Below are positions 39,742-49,593 of a stretch of DNA of 50,744 nt, piece by piece. The stretch is from a virus. Its lineage: Duplodnaviria; Caudoviricetes. The stretch covers positions 1 through 50,744 of IMG/VR virus record IMGVR_UViG_3300030433_001244; one strand, 5' to 3'. The notes below the pieces were generated by a model. The model did not search any database, was not told the origin of the DNA, and saw only the letters and a list, made by a program, of their open reading frames with translations. The position numbers and the translations under genes were made by a program. The stretch's first letter is position 1. Each line of letters opens with the position of its first letter.

Positions 39742-40039
39742 AGAACAGTGTCACTGTAGAAGCTGATGTAGGAGCAGAAACTTTTACTACACCATTCATA
39801 CGAATACCAAATTCAGGAATATACACTTCATTTACATCATTGTTTGTTGTATTTACAAACTTAATATTGTTGCCCTTGAGTGTTCCGTATTCATCTGTAG
39901 ATGTACCTGTAATTAAAAAAGTACCTACACCTGAAGCATTAAGAGAACGAACACGTGTATCAGCAACTGTAACACTTGAAGCAACATCCACAACTGCACC
40001 ACTGCCTGTTACAAAACCCTGTCGAATGTTGGTTGGCAT
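39734..40039 (-). CDS. Small structural protein
   Basis: Beta-rich, SD AAGGA, ends TLFYG. Confidence 0.6.
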   Translation of the reverse strand: MPTNIRQGFVTGSGAVVDVASSVTVADTRVRSLNASGVGTFLITGTSTDEYGTLKGNNIKFVNTTNNDVNEVYIPEFGIRMNGVVKVSAPTSASTVTLFYG

Positions 40040-40101
40040 TTTACTTTCCTTTTAGTCATATATAAAAACTAGGTTTATTATACTTCATAAAACCTAAATA
40101 C

Positions 40102-40150
40102 AAAAGAAAGAAGGGCAGGGAAAAAATAGTTTTATTCTTTCCCTACCCTT
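40102..40150 (-). terminator. Terminator after major capsid gene
   Basis: Minus strand AAGGGTAGGGAAA...TTTCCCTGCCCTT then CTTTCTTTT. Confidence 0.6.
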
Positions 40151-40177
40151 TACTTTCTTTAGTTTATTACGGAACTA

Positions 40178-41113
40178 TTAGGAAGAACCTGAAGCACCGT
40201 AGAAACCACGCCAATCGGACCAACCAAAGCTATAACGCTCACGTGCCTTGAACCGAAGATTACCTGTATCGAAATCAGGTTCCATCTTGGTTTGTAGTGG
40301 TGCGCGAACAAACATCTTTGTACCGTTTGGTGCGTCTGTCTTTAAGAACCAAGCATTCGTATCAGTGAAACGATGGTTTACAAAGAAACCACCGGGAACT
40401 AGACCCTGATTACGAATAGCATTGATATCATTGACATTAGTAACACCAGTTGTGCTGTTAGTAGCAGTAGTGGTGCTTAATGTGCTATTTAGAATCTGAT
40501 CTGCAGTGAATGCAAGATCAGGTGGAATGTGAAGAGAGTCTGCACGAATACCGATTAGAATACCACGATCATCCTTTGCTTTGGAAATAGTGATAAGAGC
40601 AGATTCGAGAGATGCTTCTGAAAGGTCGGTAGCATCAAGATCATTATCCTGAGTACCACCATCAATGACTGGATGGCTATCACTAAATAGTGGTTGACCA
40701 TCACCACCAAGATAAGAACTACTAAAGCCGTTATTGAAAACGTCTGCAGCTTTTACCTGCTTGGTGTTTGCCATTGCACGAGCAAGACCACGTGCACGTA
40801 GTTTGGCAAATGTGTCATAGAGGTTATCTTCCATAGCCTCTTCTGTAACTGAGAAGGCAAGACTGATCGTTTCATGTGTGTAACGAGCAGTGTAGCTTTC
40901 TTGTGCATCATCATACTGGACTGCAGCACCTTCACCCTTAACAGGTGCAGTACCAAATCCAGTGAATAGAACTTCTTCCTCGAATGCACGATCAGAATTT
41001 TCTACCTCAAACAATGGTGCATGTTCATTATCAACATCACCATACTCAAGACCGAAAACGGCATTCAAGCCGGGAAGAAGTTCTTTAGCAATACTAGCGC
41101 GATTAATAGCCAT
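40178..41113 (-). CDS. Major capsid protein
   Basis: 311 aa after scaffold, strong SD, followed by terminator; MAINRA..KELLPGLNAVFG, DTNAWF, KARERYSFGWSDWRG. Confidence 0.88.
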   Translation of the reverse strand: MAINRASIAKELLPGLNAVFGLEYGDVDNEHAPLFEVENSDRAFEEEVLFTGFGTAPVKGEGAAVQYDDAQESYTARYTHETISLAFSVTEEAMEDNLYDTFAKLRARGLARAMANTKQVKAADVFNNGFSSSYLGGDGQPLFSDSHPVIDGGTQDNDLDATDLSEASLESALITISKAKDDRGILIGIRADSLHIPPDLAFTADQILNSTLSTTTATNSTTGVTNVNDINAIRNQGLVPGGFFVNHRFTDTNAWFLKTDAPNGTKMFVRAPLQTKMEPDFDTGNLRFKARERYSFGWSDWRGFYGASGSS

Positions 41114-41136
41114 TATTAATTACTCCTTTCCCTCGC

Positions 41137-41721
41137 TTAGTTTACTGAAGCGTCAGCAGAGATGTAAGCATCTACATGCTTAACAATACGAACTTCCAGT
41201 TTGGGGAAAGCGCGTTCTGCAGCAACATCAATGTCATTACCCGGTTCATCAAGAACTGCAATAGCACGAAGCATTGCATTTCCAGTTGTACGAGTGCCAG
41301 CCTCAAGACCAAAACCGGACTTGCCAGTAAAGGTAGAACCTGCACCAAGTGTGACATTAAAGTTTTGTGAATTAATATCGCCAGCAGTAACCGAAGCATC
41401 TGCTTGAACAATAAATGTTGCCTGTGGATTATCAACAACAGCAGCATATGCTTCTGTTACTGAAGTATTAGCAGGCCAGTAAGGTGACCATTTTGGTTCA
41501 CCATTAGCAACATAACGGCAACCCATGAAAACACCCATAGCTTTCTGAGTTGTAGTAGTTAGAACTTCAATATTCCCGGCATTATTAACGACGATATCAC
41601 CAGTAAAAATGTTAGTGTCGTATGCACTTGCAATTGGATATTCATTAGTAGCTTTACTGTTAGGTGCGCCACCACGAATGCGGGAAGGAGTAAGTCCATT
41701 TAGTGCTTTAGAAGTAGTCAT
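41137..41721 (-). CDS. Capsid decoration / minor capsid protein
   Basis: IFTGDIV, GVFMGC, DNPQATFIVQ; adjacent to MCP. Confidence 0.65.
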   Translation of the reverse strand: MTTSKALNGLTPSRIRGGAPNSKATNEYPIASAYDTNIFTGDIVVNNAGNIEVLTTTTQKAMGVFMGCRYVANGEPKWSPYWPANTSVTEAYAAVVDNPQATFIVQADASVTAGDINSQNFNVTLGAGSTFTGKSGFGLEAGTRTTGNAMLRAIAVLDEPGNDIDVAAERAFPKLEVRIVKHVDAYISADASVN

Positions 41722-41773
41722 AACACTATATTCCTTTCCTTGTTAAATACATTGACAAACAGGAAATAACAAA

Positions 41774-42256
41774 TTAATCTTGAAAAGATGCTTGTCGTCC
41801 TGTTGTAACCCTTGATCGACTAGAGTTAGAGATAGGCATACGAGAATCAGAGTTACTCATAAGCTGCATATTTACAGCTTGCACTGCCTCTTTACTCTTG
41901 TTTTCATAAAACTCTTGACGAGATTCAGCTAGGTCAGTAGGCATTTTGCCTAAAGCCAAGTCTCCACGACAGACCGCTCCTGCATATCGTCCTTCTTCCC
42001 TCACGACGGAAGACATAAGCATTTCTGGAACTTCTTCCTGACTTACTAATTCCCAACCTTCAGCTAAACGCTTGCCAATATTTTGAATGTCGTCTTGACC
42101 CTTCAAAGTAATTCGTAGCCAGCGAAGGGACATTCCTTCACTCTTAAAACGGTTGCGAACAGTATCAGGAATATCTAACCAATTTGGTTCTTCAAAAACT
42201 CTTGGAGTTTTATTTTCCCTCATGCTTGATTCACGTGATGTTGTATTTCGTGCCAT
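41774..42256 (-). CDS. Head-module hypothetical protein
   Basis: RWLRI, EGWELV, GDLALGKMP; between scaffold and capsid genes. Confidence 0.65.
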   Translation of the reverse strand: MARNTTSRESSMRENKTPRVFEEPNWLDIPDTVRNRFKSEGMSLRWLRITLKGQDDIQNIGKRLAEGWELVSQEEVPEMLMSSVVREEGRYAGAVCRGDLALGKMPTDLAESRQEFYENKSKEAVQAVNMQLMSNSDSRMPISNSSRSRVTTGRQASFQD

Positions 42257-42281
42257 TGTATTTTTCCTTCCTTATCCACGC

Positions 42282-43271
42282 TTAACTATAAACACTGGTG
42301 TATTCGCCATCGGCTTGTTCAACCTTCAGCTTTTCAGCAGCATACTTTTCAAGTGGTATACCCCATTTATTTGCCAATCTTACATCTTCTTGAGTAAGTT
42401 TGACTTTGTTGTTACTCTGAGAAGTTTTTGGTGTGCGTGACGCACCCGCTACCACTTGAGCAGAACTTGTAGCCGTGTCCTGCAGACGAGGTGTTTCAGG
42501 TTCAGAGTTAGCATCCTGAAACTTGTGAGGATAACGCTGACGTAATCGACTATCAACTTCCTCATAAAAATCATCATCTGAAGGATCAAAACCTTCACCC
42601 TTCAGTTCTTGGTCAATAGTAAGAGCCGCTGCAGTCATAATTTGATCTTGACCAAACCATGAATTTTTAGTTGCCCATTCTACTGCCTTTGGATCGTACT
42701 CTTGAGCTTGCTGTTGTTGTTGTGCAACCTGTGCTGCTTGTTGCCCATTTGCTTCTAAAGCACGATTATATTCTTCCCAAGCTGACTTTTGTTGATCTAC
42801 ACGTGTTTGCTCTGCATACGCTTTACTCATACTTTCTTGCGCTGCAAGCATTCCATCTGTGTCACCTGATTCAACGGCTTGCTTGTATAACTGTTTAGCT
42901 GACTCAAGATTTGATTCTAATTGACTCTCAGTACTGTCAATAGAATTTTTTAAACTTGAAGAAAGCTGTGTATCTCTTTCCTGTACAGCAGCACGTAGAT
43001 TATTAATTTCACTACGTAGCTGTTGTAACTCTTCATCACGTTCTTTACGTTGACGAATTAACTGTTTAATTCTTTTTTCTGCACCCTTGGTTTTAATACC
43101 TTCTAGTTCTTCAGGTCTTTCTTCATTTTGTTCTTCTGCCTGTTCAACTACTGGTGCTGATTCCTTTGGTTGTTCTTCTTGTACTTCTGGTTGTTCTTCA
43201 ACTTCAAACTCAACTTTAGGACTTTCATCCTCACTTGAATCTACTTCAACCGTTGACCATTCTTCACTCAT
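42282..43271 (-). CDS. Capsid scaffolding protein
   Basis: Acidic N-terminus, long coiled coil, C-terminal LANKWGIPLEKYA. Confidence 0.75.
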   Translation of the reverse strand: MSEEWSTVEVDSSEDESPKVEFEVEEQPEVQEEQPKESAPVVEQAEEQNEERPEELEGIKTKGAEKRIKQLIRQRKERDEELQQLRSEINNLRAAVQERDTQLSSSLKNSIDSTESQLESNLESAKQLYKQAVESGDTDGMLAAQESMSKAYAEQTRVDQQKSAWEEYNRALEANGQQAAQVAQQQQQAQEYDPKAVEWATKNSWFGQDQIMTAAALTIDQELKGEGFDPSDDDFYEEVDSRLRQRYPHKFQDANSEPETPRLQDTATSSAQVVAGASRTPKTSQSNNKVKLTQEDVRLANKWGIPLEKYAAEKLKVEQADGEYTSVYS

Positions 43272-43376
43272 TAGTATATTTCCTTTTCTCTTACCCGTTA
43301 GCAGCGAATCTAACGAATTGGTTTTAATTTACCCGCTGTATTAGCATATTACAATAAATTATTATAATATACAAAT

Positions 43377-43799
43377 TTAATTTGAAAGATGATATGTAGG
43401 ATCAAGTAAACTTGGCTTTTCAACTTTCATAATTACTTGATCATCAAAGATAAGAAGCAGCTTCATACCTTTGTACATAAACTTTTGTCCTGAATATTTT
43501 GCATAACAAACGTAATCACCTACGTCACACCATGCTCCATTAGGAAACTTATCTTCGTCTTTATAAGCTAAGTCACCTTTCTTTAAAACTTTAGCAACGG
43601 TAGTAAGGTATGCAACATCGTCCTTTACTTTATCAGGAAGAATAATACCACCCTTTGTCTTCTGCTTTACTGCAACTGGTAAAACCAGCAAATGATAACC
43701 GGGAAGATTTGGAAGACTATTTAAGTCTACCTTAATATCATCTTCATCTGTTACCCAATCAGCAGCATCAACTGCCTTGTCCATTCGTACTGCTTGCAT
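43377..43799 (-). CDS. groES: GroES-like co-chaperonin
   Basis: KTKGGIILPD mobile loop, VGDYVCYAKYSG, LLIFDDQVI. Confidence 0.85.
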   Translation of the reverse strand: MQAVRMDKAVDAADWVTDEDDIKVDLNSLPNLPGYHLLVLPVAVKQKTKGGIILPDKVKDDVAYLTTVAKVLKKGDLAYKDEDKFPNGAWCDVGDYVCYAKYSGQKFMYKGMKLLLIFDDQVIMKVEKPSLLDPTYHLSN

Positions 43800-43997
43800 C
43801 TAGTCAATATCCTCCTCTTCATAGATACGTTGTTTTACGATGTGTTTAAGACATTCCTTTGCCCACTCCACACCTTCGATCACACCCACTGTGTGACGAT
43901 ACTCATCGTAACTTGAAGCGTTACCATATGCAAGCGAATTTTTTAAGTCTAGTATTTTTTCTTCGTACTTTAAATTTAACTCGTCCCAAAAATTCAA
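43800..43997 (-). CDS. Hypothetical protein
   Basis: 65 aa between portal and GroES, YDEYR..VG.IEG. Confidence 0.65.
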   Translation of the reverse strand: MNFWDELNLKYEEKILDLKNSLAYGNASSYDEYRHTVGVIEGVEWAKECLKHIVKQRIYEEEDID

Positions 43998-44003
43998 AAC
44001 CTA

Positions 44004-46526
44004 TTATCCCCTACGTGCCTGTCCAATAAAGTTAGTAAGCATGTCTGCTGCCTTTAGTGCTTTGTCTTTGTCAATACTTGCTTCTGTTTTGGCAAGATCA
44101 ATAAGAGCATCCAGTGCTGCAATTGCTTTCTTTGCGTTACGATCCAGTTCTTTTTCTTCTTTTGCACTGGAAAGACTAGCACCTTCCTTGAACATATTCA
44201 ACTGAATTTCCATTTCCTTTAGATCAAGTTCACGGTTCTTATTAGCAGCAGTAGCAGCTTCTTTTGCCATCTGTGTTTGAACTTTCTGTTGCTCAACACC
44301 CAGACGCTGCTGTTCAATCTGAACCATCTGTGCTTCAGGTGTAGCTGCCATTTGCATTTGTGCTGCAGCTTGATTTGCCTGTGCAACCTGTTGTGCAGCT
44401 TGAGCAATGACTTGCTCCATAAGCCGTGGGTCTTGTACGTCCACACCTGCTGCTGCAGCTTCAGGTCCGTACTGTGCAATCATTTCTTTTGATACACCAC
44501 TAATTTGTTCTTGATACTTCATTACCATATGTTCCTGAATATTTGCTTGAAGTACAGGAACAATACGTTGCATCATAGGATTAGCACCATTCATCGGGTC
44601 TTGAATGTACATAGTCTTTACACTAATATGTGCATCGTGATTTTGACCAACGAATGCCTGAATTGGCATACCCTTGACTGCAGCTTGAATATCACTTACA
44701 GGATCAAGCGGCATTGGTGTTGGCTTTTCAGGCATAATCTTGTCCAGATTAGGAATGTTTGCTGCCTGAAGAATTGTCTTATTAAGTTCTTCTACATTGA
44801 ACATACCGGGAGGTGCAGCTTGTGATAACTGTAATGCAAGCTGTGCCATCATCATACGGTGTGCAGAAGAAGGAATGTTAGGATCAGATACAGGAATAAT
44901 ATCAATCCTACCATCAAAGTCTTTACGATAGATATTAAGCGTACCATTTGGAATATCTACCATAGACTCATCAGGTAAATATTCAAAGTTAATACGACTT
45001 AGTAGTTTAAACTCATCGTGCTGAGACTTATGTAGTCGTTTATGAATTGCACTAAAGAACTTACTGCTTGCTTCCAACAATGCCATCGTTGTGCCAACAG
45101 GTCCATAACTTGCTGCATCAGAGACAACCTGTTCAGTTGTATCAGCAAACTTCTGTGCAGTAGCAGTGACAAAGTTGAGCATTTGAAACAAAGTCTGTGA
45201 AGGTTCTTTGTATGGCAGATTAATGATCATCTTGGACAGATCATTACCTGTAGCTTCAACTTCTCTAAACTCACCGGGAGCAATAGGATCATTGTCACCT
45301 ACAATACGCATACCCTTTGCTTTAAATCCACCGGGAAGATTTGCAAACTGACCTGCATCAACCAAGCTACGCATTGCTGCAGTTGCAGTCATGGTAAGAT
45401 TACCAAGGAAGTGAATTAAACCTAGACCATAAAAACCAAAACCGGGAACAAAACGATAATGAGTAAAGAAGATTTTCTTTTCTCTGCGTCGATCATCCTT
45501 ATTGTAGTTTCTACGAATAGAAAGAACCTTGCGGCTTTGCTCTTCAATAGTAACAATGTACGGAAGAGACAATCCGTCTTCATCCTCATAACCCTCAATA
45601 TCAAGATAACAATGTTGTTCAAGTAGAACGTACTGTGGATCATGACTACCAGAAGGAGACAACCCCATGATTGTATCCATCTTCTGACTAATAGGTGCAA
45701 ACTCTGGTGTGCTTGCTTCAGGCAAGTCTACTTCTGCATACATTCCTGCTGCCATGTCACGTTGCATTTCAACAGGTGAACGATAGATGACATGCGTGTA
45801 GCGATCTGCTCTGCGTAGATCGGTAGCATAGTAGGACACATAGAACTGATCAATAGGAACAAACTCTGATACAGGACGGTTTAGACTGCTATCAAAGTAA
45901 ATCTTTTTAAATGCTGATCCAATAAGCGGCAGATGAAAGAGCATACGCTCAAACTCGTCAAAGTACTCAGGCATTTGTTCAGTTACCTGATAGTTCATAA
46001 AGTCTTTGACACGATGACTTTGCTTTTCTTTTTCTTCAGTTACCTCACCAATAATCTGTGACTTAACTGGTCCACTAGCAGGAAATAATTCTTGTGTTGC
46101 CTTTGACTGAAACTTAACTGCTGACTCAATAAGGATTGGATGAACTGCAGTACATGCACCCTCAAATGGTTCTGATGCTTCTTCCAGCTTTAGACCTAGT
46201 AGATCAAAGCCACGTTCAAACATACTTTCCCATTCTGCACGACTATCTTTGTCTGCAGTAAAGTTTTCATGTACTTGTTCTGAAATATCTGTTAGAGTAT
46301 CTTCGTCTAGATCATCTACTAAGTTTCTAAAAAACTCTTCGTCATCTTCTTTGATTTGTTCATCAGACAAACCTTCATCTAGATTGCTTTTAAACTCTAC
46401 TACAATACCACCATCACTAGGATCATATTCCATACTTGCTTCAGTACCTTCTGTTTCAGTTTCAATCTCTACGACTGAAAGTTCTACTGAAGGAATAGGA
46501 TCAAAAGGATTGCGTTCAGTTGCCAT
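44004..46526 (-). CDS. Portal protein
   Basis: 840 aa downstream of terL; GSAFKK, PGFGFYGLG, PVGTT.AL.E; Gln/Ala-rich C-terminal helical barrel. Confidence 0.88.
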   Translation of the reverse strand: MATERNPFDPIPSVELSVVEIETETEGTEASMEYDPSDGGIVVEFKSNLDEGLSDEQIKEDDEEFFRNLVDDLDEDTLTDISEQVHENFTADKDSRAEWESMFERGFDLLGLKLEEASEPFEGACTAVHPILIESAVKFQSKATQELFPASGPVKSQIIGEVTEEKEKQSHRVKDFMNYQVTEQMPEYFDEFERMLFHLPLIGSAFKKIYFDSSLNRPVSEFVPIDQFYVSYYATDLRRADRYTHVIYRSPVEMQRDMAAGMYAEVDLPEASTPEFAPISQKMDTIMGLSPSGSHDPQYVLLEQHCYLDIEGYEDEDGLSLPYIVTIEEQSRKVLSIRRNYNKDDRRREKKIFFTHYRFVPGFGFYGLGLIHFLGNLTMTATAAMRSLVDAGQFANLPGGFKAKGMRIVGDNDPIAPGEFREVEATGNDLSKMIINLPYKEPSQTLFQMLNFVTATAQKFADTTEQVVSDAASYGPVGTTMALLEASSKFFSAIHKRLHKSQHDEFKLLSRINFEYLPDESMVDIPNGTLNIYRKDFDGRIDIIPVSDPNIPSSAHRMMMAQLALQLSQAAPPGMFNVEELNKTILQAANIPNLDKIMPEKPTPMPLDPVSDIQAAVKGMPIQAFVGQNHDAHISVKTMYIQDPMNGANPMMQRIVPVLQANIQEHMVMKYQEQISGVSKEMIAQYGPEAAAAGVDVQDPRLMEQVIAQAAQQVAQANQAAAQMQMAATPEAQMVQIEQQRLGVEQQKVQTQMAKEAATAANKNRELDLKEMEIQLNMFKEGASLSSAKEEKELDRNAKKAIAALDALIDLAKTEASIDKDKALKAADMLTNFIGQARRG

Positions 46527-46554
46527 GTTCTATATTGCCTTTGCTGTATAATTG

Positions 46555-47211
46555 TTATGTGTGATAAACAAAAATATAATCTGCTACTGTCCTTGCTACG
46601 CAGTCCATACCTAGATCAGCAACAAGGTAGTCTGCTATCTCTTGCTGTGTAGTACCAAACCGTTCACACGTATTTTTAATTTCAATATTGATTACTGGCT
46701 TTGTACGTTTAATTGTTTCACTTGCTCCCTTGAGAAACTGTAATTCAAAACCTTCAACGTCCACCTTAATGTAATCAATATTTTCAAAGTCAAAAGAGTC
46801 AAGTGTCTTTAATACTGCCTTGTACTCTCCCTGTTTCACATCCGTAGTGATTGAAGCAGTACCGCTGTTGCCTTCCGCAGCGTACTCCAGTGCAATCTCT
46901 ACGTCATTCTCTGCACCCAGAGCATAGGGTAGTATTTCAAATCTATCACTAGGAAAACCTGACAGATTACGTGTAAGACATTCCCTGTGTATTTCAATTG
47001 GTTCAAAACAATAAACCTTATTGAACCTGTTACACAAGTCTACTGCCCATGTACCTACGTGACTACCTACATCCAATGCAACATCAAAGTCATCTACAAA
47101 CTGTAAACTTCTTGTTCTGTGTGGCTTTTGATATTCTTCTCCTGAGAAGTGATCATCATTAACAGGAAAGTAAAAGTCCTGTCTCTTTTCTAATTCATAT
47201 GCAATTTTCAT
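46555..47211 (-). CDS. FkbM-family SAM methyltransferase
   Basis: LDVGSHVG, CFEP, IKVDVEGFE...LKGA. Confidence 0.9.
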   Translation of the reverse strand: MKIAYELEKRQDFYFPVNDDHFSGEEYQKPHRTRSLQFVDDFDVALDVGSHVGTWAVDLCNRFNKVYCFEPIEIHRECLTRNLSGFPSDRFEILPYALGAENDVEIALEYAAEGNSGTASITTDVKQGEYKAVLKTLDSFDFENIDYIKVDVEGFELQFLKGASETIKRTKPVINIEIKNTCERFGTTQQEIADYLVADLGMDCVARTVADYIFVYHT

Positions 47212-47226
47212 TTTTAGATTATAACC

Positions 47227-48795
47227 TTAAACTCTCCAATACGCAACACGTTTCTGTCTGCGTGGATTAACATCGTCCTCCCAGTCTGGGTCTTCAGGAT
47301 GTTCCAATCTCCAACTATCTTTAACATAATGCACTGCCATTGTCAATGCGTCCACCTGATCATCATGTCTGCCATAAGGAAACAGAATCAACTCTTCGTA
47401 CAACTCTCTTGCCCATTCTTTTCCTTTTGGTAACCATACTCTTCCTGCTTCCATTAAAGGTGAGGCAGTAAAGACTCTTGACACTTTGTCCTTGTCAGGC
47501 ATATACTCCAAGACAGGAAGACCACTACGCCTCATGTCCTGTATCAGAGACTGTCCACTTGCTTTCTTTTCTACTACACAAATGTCCGGTCTATGCTTTT
47601 GATATTCTTGTTGTGCAATACGTCTTAGATCAGGATATTCAAATCTACCACGTACACTACCGAGTAGCAACAAATTACTTGCTACTCCCTCTACACCGTC
47701 CTCACTATCTTCATGGAAATGAAACACTCCCCACGTTTGTATAACACTATAGTCTGCTGTTGTCTTGGTACTAAAGGCAGTATCATATGTCTGCATAATA
47801 AAGTCACAGCTTGGTGGTTCTTCGTATTCCCACCAGTTGATCCAGTTCTTCTTGATCAGACTACCCTCATCAGGTGTAGGGTTTTGCATGTACAGGCTTT
47901 CCCAATACTTTGATCCATTGGTTGCCTTAATTTCCATTTCGTCTACACGTAGTGTCTCATCGTCCTTCCACTCAGGAAAGTAACTTGTACCTTCAGGAAG
48001 ACCCAACAACTTACTTGACTTTTCGTCCAACCATGCAGGTATACTTACTACGTCCCAACGCATCTTTGTTTCAATGTCAAACTCGTCCTGTTGCTTTAAG
48101 AGCCACCCGCAAAGATCGTCATAGTGATAACGAGTATTAATAATAATAATAGAACCATTAGGCATAATACGTGTACGTAGTCCTGAAGGCCACCATTCTT
48201 TAATGTACCGTCTGCCCGCATCAGAGAACGAGTCTTCTTCTGACATAACGTCATCAAGTATAGCAATGTGTGCACCCCTTCCTGCAATCTGTGATCGTAC
48301 ACCTGCGGCATAGTAGCTACCGTTCAGGTTTGTCTTCCACTTACCTGCAGCACGAACGTCTGCACGTAGATTAACACCGGGAAACATATTTGTAAAATCT
48401 TCCGTGTTTACAATATCACGTACTGATCTACCAAAGTCACTGGACAACTGATCAGAGTGACTGACTGTCAATATCTCATGGTTAGGATTTTTACCTATGT
48501 ACCATGCAGGAAATAACTTGGAACATATTACTGACTTGCTGCTACGCGGTGGAAGAAAGACCATGAGACGTTTAATCTTTCCTTCCACTACCTTTTGTAA
48601 CTTATCTGACAGAACCTCAATGTGTCTTCCCATGTGCCAGTCAGTAATCAATGTAGGTGCTACCTTACGAACAAAAGTAAGAAAGTCATCCTTACACTGC
48701 TGCTCTACCATAACATTCAATATATTACGAATGTTGAGCAGAATGTTGTAAGTTATCTCTTCTTGGTCCACCTGACTTAATTGACTGTCTTCCAT
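47227..48795 (-). CDS. terL: Terminase large subunit
   Basis: PPRSSKS (Walker A), ILDD (Walker B), TRYH, LYMQNP, YDTA, HDDQVDA. Confidence 0.95.
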   Translation of the reverse strand: MEDSQLSQVDQEEITYNILLNIRNILNVMVEQQCKDDFLTFVRKVAPTLITDWHMGRHIEVLSDKLQKVVEGKIKRLMVFLPPRSSKSVICSKLFPAWYIGKNPNHEILTVSHSDQLSSDFGRSVRDIVNTEDFTNMFPGVNLRADVRAAGKWKTNLNGSYYAAGVRSQIAGRGAHIAILDDVMSEEDSFSDAGRRYIKEWWPSGLRTRIMPNGSIIIINTRYHYDDLCGWLLKQQDEFDIETKMRWDVVSIPAWLDEKSSKLLGLPEGTSYFPEWKDDETLRVDEMEIKATNGSKYWESLYMQNPTPDEGSLIKKNWINWWEYEEPPSCDFIMQTYDTAFSTKTTADYSVIQTWGVFHFHEDSEDGVEGVASNLLLLGSVRGRFEYPDLRRIAQQEYQKHRPDICVVEKKASGQSLIQDMRRSGLPVLEYMPDKDKVSRVFTASPLMEAGRVWLPKGKEWARELYEELILFPYGRHDDQVDALTMAVHYVKDSWRLEHPEDPDWEDDVNPRRQKRVAYWRV

Positions 48796-48797
48796 TG

Positions 48798-48944
48798 TTA
48801 GTCTTCTTTAATTGTTCCTGCTATTAATATATCTTTACAACATTTACACAAACCTTCTTCTCCATTTATATGAGAAGAACATTCACAGTTCTCACACTTA
48901 CAACGTGATCTGTATTTACAATTAGGATTGTCACACATAGACAT
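48798..48944 (-). CDS. 48-aa Cys-rich metallothionein-like peptide (not in ORF track)
   Basis: SD GGAG; MSMCDNPNCKYRSRCKCENCECSSHINGEEGLCKCCKDILIAGTIKED*; 9 Cys; stop 2 nt before terL ATG. Confidence 0.65.
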   Translation of the reverse strand: MSMCDNPNCKYRSRCKCENCECSSHINGEEGLCKCCKDILIAGTIKED

Positions 48945-48973
48945 AATACTCCATAGAATTAATTAGTACTCGC

Positions 48974-49003
48974 ATTGTAACACCACACCGTAGGGGAAGA
49001 CAA
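48974..49003 (-). promoter_or_regulatory. Candidate sigma70 promoter for late arm
   Basis: TTGTCT-18 nt-TACAAT with extended TGn. Confidence 0.45.
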
Positions 49004-49056
49004 GAAGAATAGTTGTGACATTTTTGCAACACTATTATTTTATTTTACCAATACCA

Positions 49057-49085
49057 TTGTCCTTTACTGTTGTAACTGGTATACT
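49057..49085 (+). promoter_or_regulatory. Candidate divergent sigma70 promoter
   Basis: TTGTCC-17 nt-TATACT with extended TGn. Confidence 0.45.
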
Positions 49086-49263
49086 ACTCTCTATATAGAT
49101 TATGTTATAGATTATAATATAGAAAAAAGAATATAGATTACAATAAAGATTTACAATATCAACTAGGTTAAGACTTTATGCTATTGGTCTTATTATATCT
49201 ATATAGAATTATAGCCGCGTAGCGAGTCTGTTTAATACACCCTAGTATTTTTTATTACTATAG

Positions 49264-49309
49264 CCACCCCTCTCTTAACAAAATAAAACAAAGGGGGGTG
49301 GTTTTTTTT
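49264..49309 (+). terminator. Candidate terminator
   Basis: CCACCCC/GGGGTGG stem with a large loop, followed by T8. Confidence 0.5.
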
Positions 49310-49433
49310 ATTTTAGCAGTTTAAACTACCCTAGTATTTTTGGTAAATATATGTCAGTGGTATTATTATATGATGCACGCACGGGGCATATTTTTTCCGT
49401 GGGGGATAGGTCAGCCATTCTGACATATCTGCT

Positions 49434-49551
49434 GAAAATGAGAGTGATTCGCAATTGCATTTGAGAATGAGAATGAGAATCATTCGCAACAAGGCTGAAT
49501 GAGAATGAGAATCATTCGCAATAGGACTAGATGAGAATGAGAATCACTCGC
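49434..49551. repeat. Array of four Fur-box-like elements
   Basis: GAGAATGAGAATCA(T/C)TCGC at 49469, 49501, 49533 (exact 32-bp period) plus a variant at 49434; the repeat is certain, the Fur call is inferred. Confidence 0.7.
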
Positions 49552-49593
49552 AACTAGAAATAGATGCAGAATTGCATACATATATGCACCCAC

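Noticed and set aside
49012-49030. CRP/FNR-like site TGTGA-N6-TGCAA
   Set aside because: Only one good half-site, single occurrence; too weak to call
49434-49551. CRISPR-like mini-array
   Set aside because: Repeats ~19-21 nt with ~11-13 nt gaps are too short; no cas genes; the Cas4-like nuclease is an ordinary replication-module exonuclease
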